A stretch of 16,313 nucleotides of DNA. Origin: Planctomycetaceae bacterium. Lineage in GTDB: Bacteria; Planctomycetota; Planctomycetia; Pirellulales; Thermoguttaceae. The position numbers and the translations under genes are program-made. The stretch lies in contig JAJFVC010000099.1 of assembly GCA_021372005.1 (NCBI GenBank), forward strand, positions 1 to 16,313, read 5' to 3'. Below, piece after piece: positions 8,297 through 16,313 of the stretch; position 1 is the stretch's first letter, and each line of letters starts with the position of its first letter. Under the pieces are notes generated by a model that had not been told where the DNA came from, made no database searches, and was given only the letters and a program-made list of their open reading frames with translations.

Positions 8297-10048
8297 ATGG
8301 AATGGGTGCAAATCTACGATCCGCTCGGCTCGGGCCTCTGGTCCTCCGTGCTCGCCGGATTGCCGATCGTCGTGCTGCTGGGGCTGCTATTGTTGGGCAC
8401 GCCCGCGCCTCGAGCCGCGGCGATCGGGTTGACCACGGCGTTGGTCGTCTCGATCGGCGTGTTCCACATGCCCGTCCCCTCGGCGTTAGCCGCCGCCGGT
8501 TACGGAGCGTGCTTCGGGCTGCTGCCGATCGGATGGATTATTTTACCCGCCGTGTTTTTGTTTTATCTGACGGTTCATTCAGGCCAATTCGACGTGTTGA
8601 AACGCTCCGTGGCCGCGCTGTCGCCCGATCGCCGAATGCAGGCCCTGTTGATTGCATTCTGTTTCGGCACGCTGCTGGAAGGCGCGGCCGGTTTCGGGGC
8701 GCCGGTGGCCATCTGCTCGGCGCTGTTGATCGGCATCGGGTTTTCGCCGCTCTACGCCGCGAGCCTCGCGCTGATCGCCAACACGTCGCCGGTCGCGTTC
8801 GGTTCGCTGGGCATCCCGATCCGCACGTTGGCCGAGGTGGCCGGCATGCCCGAAATGGTGCTGGGTCAAATGGCCGGCCGTCAGTTGGCCGTCTTTTCGC
8901 TGATCATTCCCGCGTGGCTCGTGATGGCCATGTCGGGCTGGCGCGGCGTGGTGGGCTGTTGGCCCGCCTTGCTGCTCTGCGGCGGCAGCTATGCCGTGAT
9001 TCAGTTTCTAATGTCCAACTACCACGGACCCGCCCTGGTCTGCGTCGCCGCCGGCTTGGGCTCGTTGGCCATCATGGTCGTCTTTCTGCGATTTTGGCAG
9101 CCGCGTGAAGTTTGGAAATTTCCCGGTGAAAACGGCAACGGCAACGGTCTGCCCGACGACGCTTCAAGTGCCTCGTCCGCCTCGGAAGGCTCACCTGCCG
9201 TGGAGAAAACCATCCATCCGCCACTGACCGCCCGGCGCGTGGCCTACGCCTGGACGCCTTGGCTGCTGCTGGCCGCCATGGTGTTTCTTTGGAGCTGGCC
9301 TGCTTGGCGAACCTTTTTGAACGGCGGCACGCCCGACCGGCCCAACTTCCTGGCGGGCATCGGAAAAATCTCGATTCCGGTGCCGGGCCTCGACGGACGC
9401 ATCTATCGCACCAGCCCCGTCGTGCCGGTCCCGCCCGGTTCGGACCGTGCTGCGAAGCCTGAAAAGGCCGTGTACGAATTGAATTGGTTGTCGGCCACCG
9501 GGACCAGTCTGTTTTTGGCCGCCGTGCTTTCGGGCTTTTGGCTTCGGATCGGATTCCGAAGTTTTTGGGTGCAGTTCGGCCAAACATTGATCCGCGTTCG
9601 CTGGGCATTGTTGACCATCGCCTGCATGTTGGCCCTGGCCTTTACGACCAAATACAGCGGCACCGACGCCACGTTGGGGTTGGCCTTCACACACACCGGC
9701 TGGTTCTATCCGCTGTTCGCCCCGATGTTGGGCTGGCTCGGCGTCGCGTTGACCGGTTCGGACACGTCGTGCAACGCCCTGTTCGGCAGCCTTCAACGCA
9801 TCACGGCCGAGCAACTGCATTTGAATCCCGTGCTGATCGTGACCAGCAACAGCACCGGCGGCGTGATGGGCAAAATGATCGACGCCCAAAGCATCGTCGT
9901 GGCCGCCGCCGCCACCGGCCAGTCGGGCGGCGAGGGCCGCATCCTGCGATTCGTCTTCCTGCACAGCCTCGCCATGGCCTTTTTGATCGGCCTGCTCACA
10001 TTGGTCCAGGCCTATTGGCTGCCGTGGACCATTCCGGCGATCCCTTAG
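8297..10048 (+). CDS. lctP: L-lactate permease (LctP/LldP family)
   Basis: The family signature runs from the MEWVQIYDP start through GQFDVL, FCFGxLLEGAAGFGAPVAI, GFSPLYAAxLALIANTxPVAFGxxGIPI, GRQL, GWRG, LxTGSDTSxNALF and NSTGGVMGKMIxxQSI. The start was chosen at ATG 8297, with AGGAG 8 nt upstream. The 5' extension to 8162 lacks similarity to the family. Confidence 0.9.
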   Translation: MEWVQIYDPLGSGLWSSVLAGLPIVVLLGLLLLGTPAPRAAAIGLTTALVVSIGVFHMPVPSALAAAGYGACFGLLPIGWIILPAVFLFYLTVHSGQFDVLKRSVAALSPDRRMQALLIAFCFGTLLEGAAGFGAPVAICSALLIGIGFSPLYAASLALIANTSPVAFGSLGIPIRTLAEVAGMPEMVLGQMAGRQLAVFSLIIPAWLVMAMSGWRGVVGCWPALLLCGGSYAVIQFLMSNYHGPALVCVAAGLGSLAIMVVFLRFWQPREVWKFPGENGNGNGLPDDASSASSASEGSPAVEKTIHPPLTARRVAYAWTPWLLLAAMVFLWSWPAWRTFLNGGTPDRPNFLAGIGKISIPVPGLDGRIYRTSPVVPVPPGSDRAAKPEKAVYELNWLSATGTSLFLAAVLSGFWLRIGFRSFWVQFGQTLIRVRWALLTIACMLALAFTTKYSGTDATLGLAFTHTGWFYPLFAPMLGWLGVALTGSDTSCNALFGSLQRITAEQLHLNPVLIVTSNSTGGVMGKMIDAQSIVVAAAATGQSGGEGRILRFVFLHSLAMAFLIGLLTLVQAYWLPWTIPAIP

Positions 10049-10377
10049 AGCGAGTCTCGCTTATCGGTAGCGGGTAAATCGCCTTCGGAACCGCAGAATC
10101 ACGCCGCCAGGAACGCCACACGTCTGTGCGACACGCACTAGGGGACGGGTTTTTCTTGCGGCTCGCCAAGAAACCATCCGCCCGCACGAAATAAGCCTCA
10201 GGAGGTTTTTTCTTGGGGTTTAAAGTCCCGTTGCCCCCCCGCACGAGAAAAAAGTGCCGATCGTCGATCTCTGTGGAGGGGAAATTCGTTGACTTTTCCC
10301 CGTATATTCTCCATGCTTAATAAACAAACACCTCGTGTCTGTCCCCGTATTCTCGGGAAAATAGGGAGAAACCAGGA

Positions 10378-11001
10378 ATGACCATGGTCTTCCTCGTCAG
10401 CGCCGTCCTCGGCGGGACGGTGCTCGTGCTCCAGTTTCTGATGACCTTGATCGGCATCGGCGGCCACGCGTTGGACGTCGACGTGCCGCAAGACATTGGA
10501 CATGATTTCGGCGGCGATTTTCACGGCGGCGACCTCCACGGCGATGCTTCCGGCGGCGCCGAACACGCCCCCGAACACAATACGCTCGGACTGTTCAAAA
10601 TCCTCTCGTTCCGAACGATCGTCGCCGCGCTGGCGTTTTTCGGACTGGCCGGTCTGACCGCCGAGTCGGCCGACGCCTCGACGCCCATGCAACTGCTGGT
10701 GGCCGCTGCCGCAGGGGTGACCGCGATGGTCGGGGTCTATTGGATCATGCGCGGCATTTACGGGCTTCGGGCCGAGGGCACCGTTCGGATCCAACACGCC
10801 GTCGGGCGGCCCGGATTGGTGTATCTCCGCGTTCCAGGCCACGGCGCCGGAAGCGGCAAGGTCCACGTCAATCTGCAAAACCGGACGATGGAGTATCTGG
10901 CCGTCACGACCGGTCCCGAACTTCCGACCGGCAGCAACGTCCTCGTCACCGGCGTGGTCGATCCGTCTACGCTGGAAGTTCGCCAAGAGACCTCTACCTG
11001 A
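10378..11001 (+). CDS. NfeD-like membrane protein (short NfeD / YuaF-like flotillin partner)
   Basis: It has N-terminal transmembrane helices, a His/Asp/Gly-rich loop, further transmembrane helices, then a C-terminal beta-rich OB-like domain (VRIQHAVGRPGLVYLRVPGHGAGSGKVHVNL...VLVTGVVDPSTLEV). It lies 30 nt upstream of the flotillin gene in the same orientation. Confidence 0.7.
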   Translation: MTMVFLVSAVLGGTVLVLQFLMTLIGIGGHALDVDVPQDIGHDFGGDFHGGDLHGDASGGAEHAPEHNTLGLFKILSFRTIVAALAFFGLAGLTAESADASTPMQLLVAAAAGVTAMVGVYWIMRGIYGLRAEGTVRIQHAVGRPGLVYLRVPGHGAGSGKVHVNLQNRTMEYLAVTTGPELPTGSNVLVTGVVDPSTLEVRQETST

Positions 11002-11031
11002 GAAACACGCACCGAGAAAGGGAAAACCGCC

Positions 11032-12615
11032 ATGTTGCGCCCGCTGTTGTTCGCCGAACATGTGGCCGACTCGTCCACGTTGGTCGCCATCATCGTGATT
11101 CTGTTGGTGATCATGGCCTTCGGGTTCGTCATGCTGCTGTTGAAGCAGTACAAACGATGTCCGAGCAACCGCGTGCTGGTGATTTTTGGGCGTTCGGGCG
11201 GCCGACACGACGCGGCCACCTGCATCCATGGCGGCGCGAAGTTCATTGTTCCGTTGATTCAGGACTACGCGTGGCTGAGCCTCGAACCGATGCAGATCGA
11301 AATCCCGCTGCGCGGCGCACTGTCGATGGAAAACATTCGGGTCAATGTGCCCAGCGTGTTCACCGTGGCCGTGGGCACGACGCCCGAGCTGATGCAAAAC
11401 GCCGCCATCCGCCTGCTGGGGCTCAATCGGGCGCAGGTGTCCAAGCAGGCCGAGGACATGATTTTCGGTCAACTGCGCCAGGTGATCGCCTCGATGCAGA
11501 TCGAGGACATCAACCGCGACCGCGATAAGTTTTTGGCGGCCGTGCAGAATTCGCTCGAACCCGAACTGCGCAAAATCGGCCTGGTGCTGATCAACGTCAA
11601 CATCACGGACATTACGGACGAATCGGGCTACATCGAAGCGATCGGCCAAAAAGCCGCCTCCCAGGCCATCCAAAAGGCCCGCGGCGACGTGGCCGACAAT
11701 GAAAAGATGGGCGAAATCCGCGTGGCCGAGGCGGAGCGTGAAAAAACGGTCAACGTGGCCAACGCCCACAAGGTGCGCGAGATCGGCACCCGCGAGGCCC
11801 TGCGCGAACAGGCCGTCCGCGTAGCCGAGTTGGACAAGGAGCAAAAGATCGGCGAGCAGACCGCCGCGTTTGAACGGGATGCTCAAGTAAAAGCCGCCGA
11901 GCGGGACATGCGCATCAAGCTGTCGCAGGCCGACGCCCAAGCGGTCGAAGGCGAAAACCTGGCCAAGGCCGACATTGCCGGCTCGCAGGCCGAGTTGCAG
12001 GTCAAAAAGGCCGAGGCCTACGAATTGGGCGAGACTCGCAAGGTCCGTGCCGAGGCGGCGGTGCTCGAAGCCGAACATCTGGCCCGTGCCAAAGCCGCCG
12101 TGGCCGAGGCGCAGCGGATCGAGGCCGAACGACGCGCCGAGTTGGAGGCCCCGGCCAAAGCGGCCCGCGCCCGGGTCGAGGTGGACGCCGCCGCCGAAGC
12201 TGCGAAACGTCGGATCGAAGCGGAAGGCGAGGCGTCGGCCATTTTCGCCCGCCTGGAGGCCGAAGCCCGGGGCCAGTACGAAATCTTGGCCAAAAAAGGC
12301 GAGGGCTTGCAGCGAATCGTCGAGGCTTGCGGCGGGTCGGAGCAGGCGTTCAAAATGCTCATGCTCGAACACTTCGACCATCTGGTCGAGGCGTCGGCCA
12401 AGGCCATCTCGAACATCAAGTTCGACAAAGTGGTTGTCTGGGAAGGCGGCGGTCAGAACGGAGCCAGCGCGACGGCCAACTGGCTGCACAATATGGCCCG
12501 TACACTGCCGCCGATGATGCAAGTAATGAAAGACATCGGCGGCGTCGAGATTCCCGAGACGCTGGCCAATCTCGGCGCCGGCGAAAAAGAAACACCGGCC
12601 CCGGAAAAAGCCTAG
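11032..12615 (+). CDS. floT: Flotillin, SPFH/band-7 domain protein (FloT/YuaG-like)
   Basis: It has an N-terminal membrane helix, an SPFH domain (RVLVIFGRSGG...IVPLIQDYAWLSLEPMQIEIPL...), a long Ala/Glu-rich coiled-coil region and a C-terminal FDKVVVWEGGG segment. AGGGA lies 8 nt before the ATG. Confidence 0.85.
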   Translation: MLRPLLFAEHVADSSTLVAIIVILLVIMAFGFVMLLLKQYKRCPSNRVLVIFGRSGGRHDAATCIHGGAKFIVPLIQDYAWLSLEPMQIEIPLRGALSMENIRVNVPSVFTVAVGTTPELMQNAAIRLLGLNRAQVSKQAEDMIFGQLRQVIASMQIEDINRDRDKFLAAVQNSLEPELRKIGLVLINVNITDITDESGYIEAIGQKAASQAIQKARGDVADNEKMGEIRVAEAEREKTVNVANAHKVREIGTREALREQAVRVAELDKEQKIGEQTAAFERDAQVKAAERDMRIKLSQADAQAVEGENLAKADIAGSQAELQVKKAEAYELGETRKVRAEAAVLEAEHLARAKAAVAEAQRIEAERRAELEAPAKAARARVEVDAAAEAAKRRIEAEGEASAIFARLEAEARGQYEILAKKGEGLQRIVEACGGSEQAFKMLMLEHFDHLVEASAKAISNIKFDKVVVWEGGGQNGASATANWLHNMARTLPPMMQVMKDIGGVEIPETLANLGAGEKETPAPEKA

Positions 12616-12640
12616 TATCTCTGGGCCAAGTCGCTGTTGT

Positions 12641-13594
12641 CTAGTTCACCACGTTCTGCGGTGTGCCGGCCAAAAACGCGCGGACATTGTCCACCACGAC
12701 GGTCATCAGTCGGCGGCGCGCAGCCAACGTGGCCCAGCCGATGTGCGGCGTAATGCAGCAGTTTTTCGCCGTCAACAACGGATTGCCGGCTTCAGGCGGT
12801 TCGGTTGAAAGCACGTCCAGGCCGGCCCCTGCCAGATGCCCCGCGTTCAACGCTTCGGCCAGCGCCGCCTCGTCGACCAGCGGACCCCGACCCGTGTTGA
12901 TCAGATAGGCCGTCGGTTTCATAAACGTCAGCCGTCGCCGATCGACCATCCGTTGCGTCTCGGGCGTCAGCGGGCAATGCAAGCTGACCACGTCGCTACG
13001 GCGAAACAACTCGTCCAGTTCGACAAACGCGATGTCGGACGGCGGCTCGACCGGTGGACGTCGCGTGCAAGCGATCACATTCATGTCCAGGGCCCGGGCC
13101 ACCTCGGCTACCCGACGACCGATCCGCCCAAACCCGACGACGCCCAACGTCTGGCCCGACAACTCGACCAGCGGAAAGTCCCAGTAGGCGAAATCGGGAC
13201 TTCGCGTCCACCGCCCGGCCGCGACGCCGCGCCCGTGATCGGCCACTCGCAACGTCAGATTCATCAGATGCGCAAAAACCATCTGCACGACCGACGCAGT
13301 TGCGTAGTCGGGCACGTTGGTCACCAAGATGTTCTTTGCCCGGGCGGCCGCAAGGTCCACGACGTTGTAGCCGGTGGCCAGCACGCCGACGTAGCGCAGC
13401 TTCGGCAATCGTTCGATCACGTCGTGCGACAGGATTGTCTTGTTGGTCAACACGATCTCGGCGTCCGCGGCCCGCGCGATGGTTTCGGCCGGCTGTGTGC
13501 GATCGTGGATCGTGCAAGGTCCGAGCGACCGCAGCGTGTTCCAAGAAAGATCGCCGGGATTGAGTGTGTAGCCGTCGAGAACAACGATGTTCAT
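12641..13594 (-). CDS. D-isomer-specific 2-hydroxyacid dehydrogenase (glycerate dehydrogenase / hydroxypyruvate reductase-like)
   Basis: It has the NAD-binding motif GVVGFGRIGRRVA. The catalytic region matches the family (LINTGRGPLVDEAAL...GAGLDVLSTEP...ITPHIGWAT). Confidence 0.9.
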   Translation of the reverse strand: MNIVVLDGYTLNPGDLSWNTLRSLGPCTIHDRTQPAETIARAADAEIVLTNKTILSHDVIERLPKLRYVGVLATGYNVVDLAAARAKNILVTNVPDYATASVVQMVFAHLMNLTLRVADHGRGVAAGRWTRSPDFAYWDFPLVELSGQTLGVVGFGRIGRRVAEVARALDMNVIACTRRPPVEPPSDIAFVELDELFRRSDVVSLHCPLTPETQRMVDRRRLTFMKPTAYLINTGRGPLVDEAALAEALNAGHLAGAGLDVLSTEPPEAGNPLLTAKNCCITPHIGWATLAARRRLMTVVVDNVRAFLAGTPQNVVN

Positions 13595-13636
13595 GTTTTT
13601 CTTGCGAGTGAAAATGGAGGCTTGGGGAAGAATCTG

Positions 13637-13704
13637 GTTAGTATTTTAGTGAACATTCGCCGTGAGGGCCACAAAGTGCGTCCGTGTGGTCGGCCATTTT
13701 GGCG
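13637..13704 (+). repeat. Copy A of a ~68-nt conserved intergenic element, also found at 15785..15853. It begins with the direct repeats TTAGTA tt TTAGTG, followed by a CCACA/TGTGG stem.
   Basis: I aligned it by eye against 15785-15853 and counted about 55 of 68 identical positions. The identical blocks are GTTAGTRTTTTAGTGAACATTC, CCACAAAG, TGTGGTCGGC and ATTTT-GGCG. The loop between CCACA and TGTGG differs between the two copies. Confidence 0.6.
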
Positions 13705-13881
13705 TCAATATCTCTTGGGAATAGATGTTTGACGGTGTGTGTTTCGGCCAATGACCTGCAGAAGGGCGTGCAGAGTCTGCGAACTGTTGAAATAACATAA
13801 CGCTTCATCGGTCGTCAACAGCTTGCCCAGGCGCATTCAAGTCAGTCGTTGCGGCAAAACACCGTCATTTTCCATTCAATC

Positions 13882-13904
13882 CCACCTCACGCAGGTGGAT
13901 TTTT
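13882..13904 (+). terminator. Candidate rho-independent terminator in plus-strand orientation, with no upstream plus-strand CDS
   Basis: CCACCT-cacgc-AGGTGG forms a 6-bp stem with a 5-nt loop. It is followed by A then TTTTT. There is no T-run in the opposite orientation. Confidence 0.35.
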
Positions 13905-14094
13905 CGGATTATTCCAAATGGTCGGGCAAATCCAACCGCTGCATTTTGACATGATGCAAAACGTGATCTATGCTTAGCGCAGCTCTGTGAGCCGGCTCGG
14001 CTCTTTGGCCGTACCGGCCCCCTCCCTCCCACCTCACGTGTTCGCCGCGATGTTAGCGACAAGCATCCGGCGGCGCGCCCACCAATACACAATC

Positions 14095-15744
14095 ATGCGA
14101 TCATTCGGTCTTCGCTTTCGCTGTCTTTGCGTATACACAATTACCCTGATCCTGGTGTGGATCGCATCGGCTGTCGCTCAGTCTCCGACAACGATTACGT
14201 TTCGAGATTCTCGCAGCGAAATTGTCGAGTTGTTGCAGAACGGGCGTGAACTGGAGCAGCAACGGCGTTGGGTGGATGCGTTTGCGCACTACGAACAAGC
14301 CGTCCGCCGATATCCCGATGATGGTGCACTGCAGCAACGATTTAATAACGTTCGACTCCACTATGACTTGGAGCGTCGCTACGCCGATCGAAGTTTTCTT
14401 ACGACGGCGCTGCCCTTATCTGCCGAGCAGGCATTCGACTTATACAACCGAGCGCTCTTGAAGATTGAGGAAAACTACGTCGATGTGCCGCAATGGAAAA
14501 GGTTGGTGGTGCAAGGAGCGACCAATTTTGAATTAGCTTTGGATGAGCCGGTTTTTGTCCAATGGAACATTCGTCCGAAGAATCGAATCGCTATCGAGGC
14601 TTTTTGCCGCGAATTACAGATTGCCATTCGTTCGCGGGATATAAGAAACCGTGTCGAAGCCGACAATGTGGTTGCCGCGGTTGCACGATTAGCGGAAGAG
14701 CGGTTGGCGATTGCGCCGACCGCCGTTGTGTTTGAATTTCTCTGTGGAGCGATCAGCACATTAGACCCATATTCGTCCTATCTCACGCCCAATCAACTCA
14801 ACGCATCTTATGCTCAAATCGAAGGCAATTATGTTGGGCTGGGCTTCGATCTGGATGTTCAACACGATGAATTGGTGGTCCAGCAGGTGCTTCACAACAG
14901 CCCTGCGGAGGAAGCTGGCATTCGGGTGGACGATCGCATTTTTGCTATTGACCACCGTCGCATCAAGGATTTGACAGCCGACCAGATCGATAATCTCCTG
15001 CGAGGGCCCGAAGGAAAAATGGTCACCCTTAGCGTAGCGGCGCGCGATCGGACACCCCGTGACATTTCCGTTTGTTTCCGTCGCATTGAGACGCCGAGTA
15101 TCCGTCAGATAAACATCGTTGATTCGCAGAGCGGCATTGGATACTTCAAGTTGACTTCCTTTCAAAGGACCACGGCCCATGAACTTGATGTGGCTCTCTG
15201 GCAGCTTTATCGAGAAGGCATGAAAAGTTTGATCATCGACATGCGAGGCAACGGTGGTGGTTCATTGATTTCGGCGGTGGAAGTCGTGGATCGGTTCATT
15301 GACCGAGGCGTGATTGTGTCAACTCGTGGGCGCATTGCTCAAGAGAACTTGGTCTATTCAGCCCACGAACAGGCAAAATGGCAAACACCGCTAGTATTAA
15401 TGATCGACCAAGATACAGCCAGCGCGGCTGAGATCGTGGCCGGTGCGATTCGCGATCATCATCGAGGCACAATTGTCGGTACGCGGAGTTTTGGCAAAGG
15501 AACGGTTCAGTTGTTTTTCCCTCTAGAAGGAACAAATGCGGGTATTCGGTTGACTATCGCTAAGTTCTATTCGCCCAACGGGCAACCTTTCAGCCACATA
15601 GGCGTTGAACCGGACATAGCAATATGGACTGTTGCACGGCCGATTAACGGTGTTCGTCCCGACGACACCGATGCCACAATGGGGGCCGCTCTGCAGACCG
15701 CCCGCAACCTCGGTCAACCATTCCAAAGTAGTTACGTGCGCTAG
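14095..15744 (+). CDS. S41-family C-terminal processing peptidase (CtpA/Prc-like) with a PDZ domain. It is secreted.
   Basis: The signal peptide is MRSFGLRFRCLCVYTITLILVWIASAVA|QS. The PDZ region is GLGFDL...VVQQVLHNSPAEEAGIRVDDRIFAIDHRRI. The catalytic Ser/Lys context matches S41 peptidases (DMRGNGGG...DQDTASAAEIVAGA...GTRSFGKGTVQ). The start was chosen at ATG 14095. The in-frame extension to 13987 lies in AT-rich intergenic DNA. Confidence 0.88.
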   Translation: MRSFGLRFRCLCVYTITLILVWIASAVAQSPTTITFRDSRSEIVELLQNGRELEQQRRWVDAFAHYEQAVRRYPDDGALQQRFNNVRLHYDLERRYADRSFLTTALPLSAEQAFDLYNRALLKIEENYVDVPQWKRLVVQGATNFELALDEPVFVQWNIRPKNRIAIEAFCRELQIAIRSRDIRNRVEADNVVAAVARLAEERLAIAPTAVVFEFLCGAISTLDPYSSYLTPNQLNASYAQIEGNYVGLGFDLDVQHDELVVQQVLHNSPAEEAGIRVDDRIFAIDHRRIKDLTADQIDNLLRGPEGKMVTLSVAARDRTPRDISVCFRRIETPSIRQINIVDSQSGIGYFKLTSFQRTTAHELDVALWQLYREGMKSLIIDMRGNGGGSLISAVEVVDRFIDRGVIVSTRGRIAQENLVYSAHEQAKWQTPLVLMIDQDTASAAEIVAGAIRDHHRGTIVGTRSFGKGTVQLFFPLEGTNAGIRLTIAKFYSPNGQPFSHIGVEPDIAIWTVARPINGVRPDDTDATMGAALQTARNLGQPFQSSYVR

Positions 15745-15784
15745 GACCCGAGCTAAACGAACTCGCTCTTGGACGCTAGATGTT

Positions 15785-15853
15785 GTTAGTGTTTTAGTGA
15801 ACATTCCTTGCGATAGCCACAAAGGGTCTCGGTGTGGTCGGCAATTTTCGGCG
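15785..15853 (+). repeat. Copy B of the ~68-nt conserved intergenic element. It lies about 140 nt upstream of the rRNA promoter.
   Basis: It has the same blocks as copy A at 13637-13704. The stem CCACA/TGTGG is conserved, but the loop (AAGGGTCTCGG) differs from copy A (AAGTGCGTCCG). Confidence 0.6.
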
Positions 15854-15994
15854 AGGTCGAATTCGGGGCGAACAATTTTTTGGGATCGATGCGAAAAACG
15901 TTGTGGGTGTGAAAATTTTCGTTTTCGCAAGTGCTTGCTGTCGCATGAGTTGCGGAGACGAAAAAAAGAATTGCAAAAAATCATGAAGGGGCTG

Positions 15995-16022
15995 TTGACG
16001 CAGCTCCGAAAACCTGTAGAAT
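15995..16022 (+). promoter_or_regulatory. Putative sigma-70-type rRNA operon promoter (TTGACG-16 nt-TAGAAT) with A-tracts upstream
   Basis: The -35 is TTGACG (15995-16000). The spacer is 16 nt. The -10 is TAGAAT (16017-16022). Runs of A7 and A6 lie at 15961-15980, about -45 to -65, resembling an UP element. It is about 235 nt upstream of the 16S 5' end. Confidence 0.5.
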
Positions 16023-16075
16023 TGCGTGTCTCGCTTGTGGCTGCTGCGACGCAACAGTGCGAGCGGGAAAAAGTT

Positions 16076-16088
16076 TGTTCTTTGACAA
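16076..16088 (+). promoter_or_regulatory. boxA-like antitermination motif in the rRNA leader
   Basis: TGTTCTTTGACAA matches the boxA consensus TGCTCTTTAACAA at 11 of 13 positions. It lies between the putative promoter and the 16S start. Confidence 0.45.
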
Positions 16089-16256
16089 TTTGGTTGTGAC
16101 AACCTCAATTCTGAAAAATTTCAGCCGGTCGAAGACTGGTTTGAATGTAAGAAGAGGTCGGCCCTCGATGCAAATCGAGGAGTCGATCGCACAACTAGGT
16201 TTGAGCCTTTCGAGGTTAGCCATCCGTGGCGGCGGAAGCCGTTGCGGTAAGCATAA

Positions 16257-16313
<57 letters not shown>

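Noticed and set aside
10198-12522. 774-aa ORF on the minus strand
   Set aside because: It is antisense to the nfeD-like and floT genes, which have strong family signatures. Its translation is low complexity and rich in G, R, D, H and Q. It is a typical long spurious antisense ORF in high-GC DNA.
13987-14094. 5' extension of the S41 peptidase ORF
   Set aside because: It lies in AT-rich intergenic DNA. The internal Met at 14095 begins a textbook signal peptide.
15891-15928. Hairpin GCGAAAAACG ... CGTTTTCGC upstream of the rRNA promoter
   Set aside because: It is a real inverted repeat with a 9-bp stem, 1 bulge and a ~19-nt loop. It has no T-run and no gene upstream, so its function is indeterminate. 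I did not promote it to a feature.
16082-16110. Second rRNA promoter using TTGACA at 16082 as its -35
   Set aside because: No acceptable -10 lies at 16-18 nt. TCAATT is the best candidate and is weak. The TTGACA lies inside a boxA-like TGTTCTTTGACAA, which explains it better.

Overview
This is a high-GC bacterial chromosomal window ending in the 5' end of a 16S rRNA gene. The 16S signature (GAATGAACGTTGGCGGCGTGGATTAGGCATG) and a prepilin-type/DUF1559 protein point to Planctomycetota. I can support 14 protein-coding genes:
- A partial SGNH/GDSL hydrolase tightly followed by a hotdog-fold thioesterase.
- On the minus strand, a DUF1559 pseudopilin-like protein and then a membrane-anchored Spy/CpxP-like (LTxxQ) protein.
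- Divergent from that pair, a translationally coupled operon: exported hypothetical protein, then ECF sigma factor, then a putative anti-sigma factor.
- A 714-aa alpha-helical protein with a degenerate N-terminal SEC-C-like motif and a duplicated C-terminal KLWTPDG motif.
- Two flotillin modules (floA, and nfeD-like plus floT) flanking an L-lactate permease.
- A D-2-hydroxyacid dehydrogenase.
- A compositionally atypical, low-GC S41 C-terminal processing peptidase directly upstream of the rRNA operon.
- Non-coding features: a ~68-nt element present twice at ~80% identity that brackets the peptidase gene, an orphan intrinsic terminator, a near-consensus rRNA promoter with A-tracts upstream, a boxA-like antiterminator motif, and a palindrome embedding two convergent stop codons.
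- I found no CRISPR array, tRNA or clear mobile-element gene. Several long ORFs in the six-frame track are antisense artefacts of the high GC content.
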